A stretch of DNA of 12,041 nucleotides, taken from positions 1-12,041 of the forward strand of contig JANOEP010000067.1 of assembly GCA_031441465.1 (NCBI GenBank), given 5' to 3'. The notes beneath the pieces were generated by a model, which saw nothing but the letters and a program-made list of their open reading frames with translations, was not told the DNA's origin and did no database searches. Origin of the DNA: a bacterium. Its GTDB lineage: Bacteria > Krumholzibacteriota > Krumholzibacteriia > LZORAL124-64-63. The position numbers and the translations under genes are program-made. Position 1 is the stretch's first letter; each line of letters opens with the position of its first letter. Positions 6,852 to 12,041 of this stretch are shown in pieces.

Positions 6852-8234
6852 TTAAGACAACTGGCGATGTAAAAAGAGACCAAAACTGTTGTTATCCAAT
6901 AAGCAACCGTTCCGAACCACTTGTTCACCCCGCCGCCACACGTCGATGACCCGCCCGCGCCAGTCGTCGCCCGTCCATAGAGAAGGGTCGGGGTGCCCGT
7001 CGACGGGTAGGCGTGTGCCGCGCGCCTCGGGATCGAACAGGACCAGGTCGGCGTCGTAGCCGGCGGCCACGCGCCCTTTGCGACCGGCCAGGCCGAGCCG
7101 ACCGGCGGGTGCCTCGCAGCAGACGCGCACCCAGCGCTCCGGGGTCAGCAGGCCGCGGCAGACGCCGAGGGTGTAGGAAACCAGCAGACGCTCGCCGACG
7201 CCGGCCGCGCCGTTGGGGACGGCGGCGAAGCCGTGGACGGATTCGCGGCGCTTGATCTCCAGGGGGAAGGCGCAATGGTCGGTGGCGAGCCAGGCGATGT
7301 CGCCGCCGGCGAGACCGTCCAGGAGGGCGGCGCCGTCGGCCGGCGCGCGCAGGGGAGGGGACATCAGCGCGGTCAGAGCGTCGTCGCCGCCGCGCGCGTA
7401 GAGCCCCTCGTCGCGGAACAGGTACTGCGGGCAGGTCTCCGCGCGCAGGTTCACGCCCACGGCGCGCGCGCCGCGGATGAGTTCCAGGCCGGCGGCGGTC
7501 GACAGGTGCACCACGGTCAGCGGGCAGCCGGTCTCCTCGGCCAGCAGCATGGCCTGGCGGATCGCCTCGACCTCGGATTCCGGCCCGTGGGCCGCCGGGT
7601 GCCACTCGGGACCCGTGCGGCCGGTCGCCGCGAGGATGGCCTCGGCGGCGGCGTTCATCTCGCCGTCCTCGGCGTGCAGCAGCAGGTGGCCGCCGACGTC
7701 CTTGACCTGGCGCATGAGCAGGCGCAGCTCGTGGAGCGCAAGCATCAGGCGGCCCTTGTAGGCGAGGAAGGCCTTGAAGGTCGGCACGCCGTTGCGCACC
7801 AGGCCGTCCAACTCGGACAGCCGGTCGGGGCCGATGTCGCAGACCGTCGCGTGCAGGCCCCAGTCGCAGAGGCAGGCGCCGTCGGCCGCCGCCTGCCAGC
7901 GCAGGACGGCGTCGGCGATCGGCTCGCCGCGCGCCGGGTTGGCGAAGTCGATGACCGTGGTCGTGCCGCCGAGCAGGGCGGCGGCGCTGCTCTCGCGCCA
8001 GCCGCGGCTGGACAGTCCGTCGCGCAGGGGCATGCCGAAGTGGACGTGCGGGTCGACGCCGCCCGGCAGCAGCCACAGGCCGGCGGCGTCGATGTCGCCC
8101 TCCGCGATGGTCGAGTGCCCGCGGCGCTCGTGGAGGTCGACGATCCGCCCGTCGCGCACGTGCACGTCGGCGGCGAGCGGCCCGTTGCCGGTCATCACCG
8201 TGGCGTTGCGCAGGTGGAATTCGGGTGTGGTCAT
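6852..8234 (-). CDS. hydA: Dihydropyrimidinase / D-hydantoinase (cyclic amidohydrolase family), 460 aa
   Basis: PGGVDPHVH (metal-binding HxH), [18 protein letters not shown] (carboxylated Lys position), [48 protein letters not shown]. The real start is MTTPEF at 8234; the upstream part of the 1048-aa track ORF is antisense to mccB. Confidence 0.88.
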   Translation of the reverse strand: MTTPEFHLRNATVMTGNGPLAADVHVRDGRIVDLHERRGHSTIAEGDIDAAGLWLLPGGVDPHVHFGMPLRDGLSSRGWRESSAAALLGGTTTVIDFANPARGEPIADAVLRWQAAADGACLCDWGLHATVCDIGPDRLSELDGLVRNGVPTFKAFLAYKGRLMLALHELRLLMRQVKDVGGHLLLHAEDGEMNAAAEAILAATGRTGPEWHPAAHGPESEVEAIRQAMLLAEETGCPLTVVHLSTAAGLELIRGARAVGVNLRAETCPQYLFRDEGLYARGGDDALTALMSPPLRAPADGAALLDGLAGGDIAWLATDHCAFPLEIKRRESVHGFAAVPNGAAGVGERLLVSYTLGVCRGLLTPERWVRVCCEAPAGRLGLAGRKGRVAAGYDADLVLFDPEARGTRLPVDGHPDPSLWTGDDWRGRVIDVWRRGEQVVRNGCLLDNNSFGLFLHRQLS

Positions 8235-8240
8235 GGGGCA

Positions 8241-8269
8241 ACAGTAGGCGGCGGCGGATCGGTCCACAA
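8241..8269 (-). promoter_or_regulatory. sigma70-like promoter for hydA (TTGTGG-17-TACTGT), leaderless geometry
   Basis: -35 at 8269-8264, a 17-nt spacer, -10 at 8246-8241, then 6 nt to ATG 8234. No SD sequence. Confidence 0.55.
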
Positions 8270-8288
8270 GTGCGCCCTCCGACGGGGG

Positions 8289-8317
8289 TGGACCGGCCCG
8301 GCCGAGGCCCCTATACT
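8289..8317 (+). promoter_or_regulatory. sigma70-like promoter for mccB (TGGACC-17-TATACT)
   Basis: TATACT at 8312-8317, with TGGACC at 8289-8294 and a 17-nt spacer. Confidence 0.55.
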
Positions 8318-8384
8318 GGCCGCCGGCGGCTGCCGCACACGTCTGCCGCGAACGTCCCGAGACCCAGTTCCCGCCGGGAGGGCC

Positions 8385-9992
<1,608 letters not shown>

Positions 9993-10006
9993 GGGCACCG
10001 ACGAAA

Positions 10007-10038
10007 GAACCCCCGCCTCCCGAGGGGGGCGGGGGTTC
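10007..10038. terminator. Intrinsic terminator hairpin between convergent mccB and secreted-protein genes (possibly bidirectional)
   Basis: GAACCCCCGCCTCC-CGAG-GGGGGCGGGGGTTC forms a 14-bp stem with one G-U pair on the plus-strand RNA. The minus strand continues with TTTCGT. Confidence 0.8.
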
Positions 10039-10067
10039 GCAGGTCGGGCGACCGGAGTCGCGAAGCT

Positions 10068-10778
10068 CTAGCGGTAGGTGGCCTTGATGCTGCTCCAGTT
10101 CGCGTCCTCGTTCGCCACCGCGCAGTCGATCTGCAGCGTCAGCGTGATGACCGAGCCCCAGGTGCCGAACTGCTGGCCGGCGGACGCCGCGGCGCAGGAG
10201 CCGTCCAGGAACGTCGGGTAGGTGGCGGGCTTGACGATCGCCGGGTTCAGGCTGGTGGTCTCGCCCGCGCCGACGCCGTTGCCGATGGCGAAGACCAGCG
10301 CGCAGCCGTTGGCGAAGGTGCCGACCGTGTTGCCGTTGACGACCGCAGCCACCGGGGTGCTGACGCCGCTGATCATGATGTACTGGACGGTCGTGATGAC
10401 GGTCATCGCGCCCAGCGTCCCGGAACCGTCGCCCCACGGGAAGCCGCCGGCGAAGAAGGTGAAGGTGCCGCCGCTGTAGGTCGAAGTGTAGACGATCGTG
10501 CCCACGCCGCTGATGCGGTTGTCCTGGACGCTCATGCTCGAGGACGTGGGGCAGCTGATGTCCCACTGCGTGCCCAGGGCGGCGCCGTTCCACGACTGGG
10601 CGTGCATGACGTGCGGGAAGCCGGAGTTGATGCCCGACCGCCAGGTCGAGGCGCGGCCGGTCAGGAGCTGCCCACCGAGATCGGTGGAGGTGTACATCCC
10701 CGCGACGGGATCGGCCAGCGCGATCACGGGAATCGAAACGAGCGTGAGCAGAAGCAGGACCGATAACGTAGCTTTCAT
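10068..10778 (-). CDS. Secreted hypothetical beta-rich protein (236 aa) with C-terminal WSSIKATYR motif
   Basis: SD GAGAGGTG before ATG 10778. Signal peptide MKATLSVLLLLTLVSIPVIALA. G/S/T-rich body with four Cys and host-like codon usage. Ends AVANEDANWSSIKATYR. Confidence 0.87.
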   Translation of the reverse strand: MKATLSVLLLLTLVSIPVIALADPVAGMYTSTDLGGQLLTGRASTWRSGINSGFPHVMHAQSWNGAALGTQWDISCPTSSSMSVQDNRISGVGTIVYTSTYSGGTFTFFAGGFPWGDGSGTLGAMTVITTVQYIMISGVSTPVAAVVNGNTVGTFANGCALVFAIGNGVGAGETTSLNPAIVKPATYPTFLDGSCAAASAGQQFGTWGSVITLTLQIDCAVANEDANWSSIKATYR

Positions 10779-10829
10779 GGTGCACCTCTCGGGGCGTTGT
10801 GGGGCCGTGGGCAGTTTGTCACGAGCGGC

Positions 10830-10838
10830 AGCATACCA
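10830..10838 (-). promoter_or_regulatory. Extended -10 (TG-G-TATGCT) for the secreted-protein gene
   Basis: The minus strand reads TGGTATGCT about 50 nt upstream of ATG 10778, with an AT-enriched stretch at 10846-10888 further upstream. Confidence 0.5.
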
Positions 10839-10917
10839 CAACTTCACGAAAACGGCGACGTCTTTTGACTGGTTAACGATTTTCATGATCTGGCGCCCTT
10901 CCGGCGCGACATCGGGT

Positions 10918-10946
10918 TGGATCGGCCGCGCCGTCTGGCATATCAT
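10918..10946 (+). promoter_or_regulatory. Candidate promoter for liuC-liuD (TGGATC-17-TATCAT)
   Basis: TATCAT at 10941-10946 and TGGATC at 10918-10923, the same geometry as the mccB candidate promoter. Confidence 0.45.
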
Positions 10947-11019
10947 GATGGCCGCCCGGGGGAGGGCCGATCCGGCTCCCGTCGGGCCCCCGTCGCCCTG
11001 AACCCATTGAGGATGTGTC

Positions 11020-11841
11020 ATGTCCACGATCTCGATCGAGCGCCAGGGTCCGGTGCTCGCGGTGACCCTGAACCGCCCCGAAGCGCGCAACGCCTTCGAT
11101 CACGAGATGGTGATCGCCCTGCGCGACGTCTTCGCGGGCGTCGGGACCGCGACCGACCGGCCGCGCGCGGTGCTGCTGCAGGCCGCGGGCGCGACCTTCT
11201 GCGCCGGCGGCGACCTGAACGACATGCGGCGGCTCGGCCGCGCCGGGCGCGACGAGAACCTCGCCGCGGCCCGCGAGCTGGGGGAGATGTTCCGCGCGGT
11301 GCGCCTGTGCCCGGCGCCGGTGATCGCGCGCGTCCAGGGCGGCGCCTTCGGCGGCGGCGTGGGGCTCGCCTGCGCCTGCGACATCGTGGTCGCCGAACCC
11401 ATGGCCTACTTCGCGCTGACCGAGGCGAGGCTCGGCCTGGTTGCCGGCGTCATCTCGCCCCTGGTCATCGGCCGCCTCGGGCCGGCCCGCGCGCGGCTGC
11501 ACTGCCTGCTGGGCGAACGCCTCGACGCCCGCGAAGCGCACCGCATCGGTCTGGTGGACGTGCTGGCCGACGGCGACGATCTCGACGCGGCCGTGGCGGG
11601 TGTGGTGCGCTCGCTGCTGCAGGGCGGCCCCGACGCCCTGGGCCGGATCAAGGAACTCGTCGAAGGCGCGGCCGCGCTGCCCTTCGCCGACAGCCTGGAG
11701 TACACGGCCCGGATGATCGCCGAAGCCCGCACCACGCCGCAGGCGCTGGCGGCCCTCGACGCCTTCTTCGCGAAGGAGCCGTCGCCGTGGGCGGGCGACC
11801 TCGAGGCCTGGACCCGCGACCGGCAGGACCGGCAGCCATGA
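11020..11841 (+). CDS. liuC: Enoyl-CoA hydratase/isomerase family, probable methylglutaconyl-CoA hydratase
   Basis: [62 protein letters not shown]. Located between MCC beta and alpha subunit genes. GAGGA upstream. Confidence 0.88.
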   Translation: MSTISIERQGPVLAVTLNRPEARNAFDHEMVIALRDVFAGVGTATDRPRAVLLQAAGATFCAGGDLNDMRRLGRAGRDENLAAARELGEMFRAVRLCPAPVIARVQGGAFGGGVGLACACDIVVAEPMAYFALTEARLGLVAGVISPLVIGRLGPARARLHCLLGERLDAREAHRIGLVDVLADGDDLDAAVAGVVRSLLQGGPDALGRIKELVEGAAALPFADSLEYTARMIAEARTTPQALAALDAFFAKEPSPWAGDLEAWTRDRQDRQP

Positions 11842-12041
11842 GCGCTCCGTTCACGAAGGTCCTCGTCGCCAACCGCGGCGAGATCGCCTGCCGGGTGATC
11901 CGCACCTGCCGCGAGATGGGCATCGCCACGGTCGCCGTCGCGAGCGAGGCCGACCTCGCGGCCCCCCACGCCCGCATGGCCGACCAGGTCGTGCTGCTCG
12001 GACCGCCGCCTCCGAACGCGTCGTACCTGCGCCAGGATCTG
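11838..12041 (+). CDS. mccA: Biotin carboxylase subunit, probable 3-methylcrotonyl-CoA carboxylase alpha (LiuD/MccA), 3'-partial
   Basis: Hand translation: [72 protein letters not shown] overlap with the liuC stop. Not in the ORF track because it runs off the window. Subunit identity is inferred from context. Confidence 0.88.
   Translation, partial: MSAPFTKVLVANRGEIACRVIRTCREMGIATVAVASEADLAAPHARMADQVVLLGPPPPNASYLRQDL

Noticed and set aside
6082..6855. 257-aa plus-strand ORF
   Set aside because: Antisense to the secreted repeat protein, which has an SD, a signal peptide and internal repeats.
10779..11090. N-terminal extension of the 340-aa track ORF
   Set aside because: The SD and signal peptide point to ATG 10778. 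The extension crosses the promoter region and overlaps liuC.

Overview
High-GC bacterial window. The FlgD-Ig C-terminal domain and the W-[GS]-x-[VI]-K-x-x-Y tails suggest, by inference only, an FCB-superphylum candidate lineage such as Krumholzibacteriota, Latescibacterota or Eisenbacteria. From left to right it contains: a partial single-ORF IS1/IS1595-like transposase that the ORF track missed (minus strand, runs off the left edge), whose start codon sits in a perfect 14-bp hairpin; a 1337-aa secreted multidomain S8 subtilase; a secreted tandem-rhodanese protein; a small secreted protein with an internal Ca-binding-like repeat; a dihydropyrimidinase-family amidohydrolase; and the leucine-catabolism genes liuB/mccB, liuC and the start of liuD/mccA, with an oppositely oriented secreted-protein gene between liuB and liuC. 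The most interesting signal is a short C-terminal motif shared by two unrelated signal-peptide proteins, which may be a sorting or secretion signal. Also notable are an apparent insertion of the protease module into an Ig-like domain and two apparently leaderless genes. No RNA genes or CRISPR arrays were seen.
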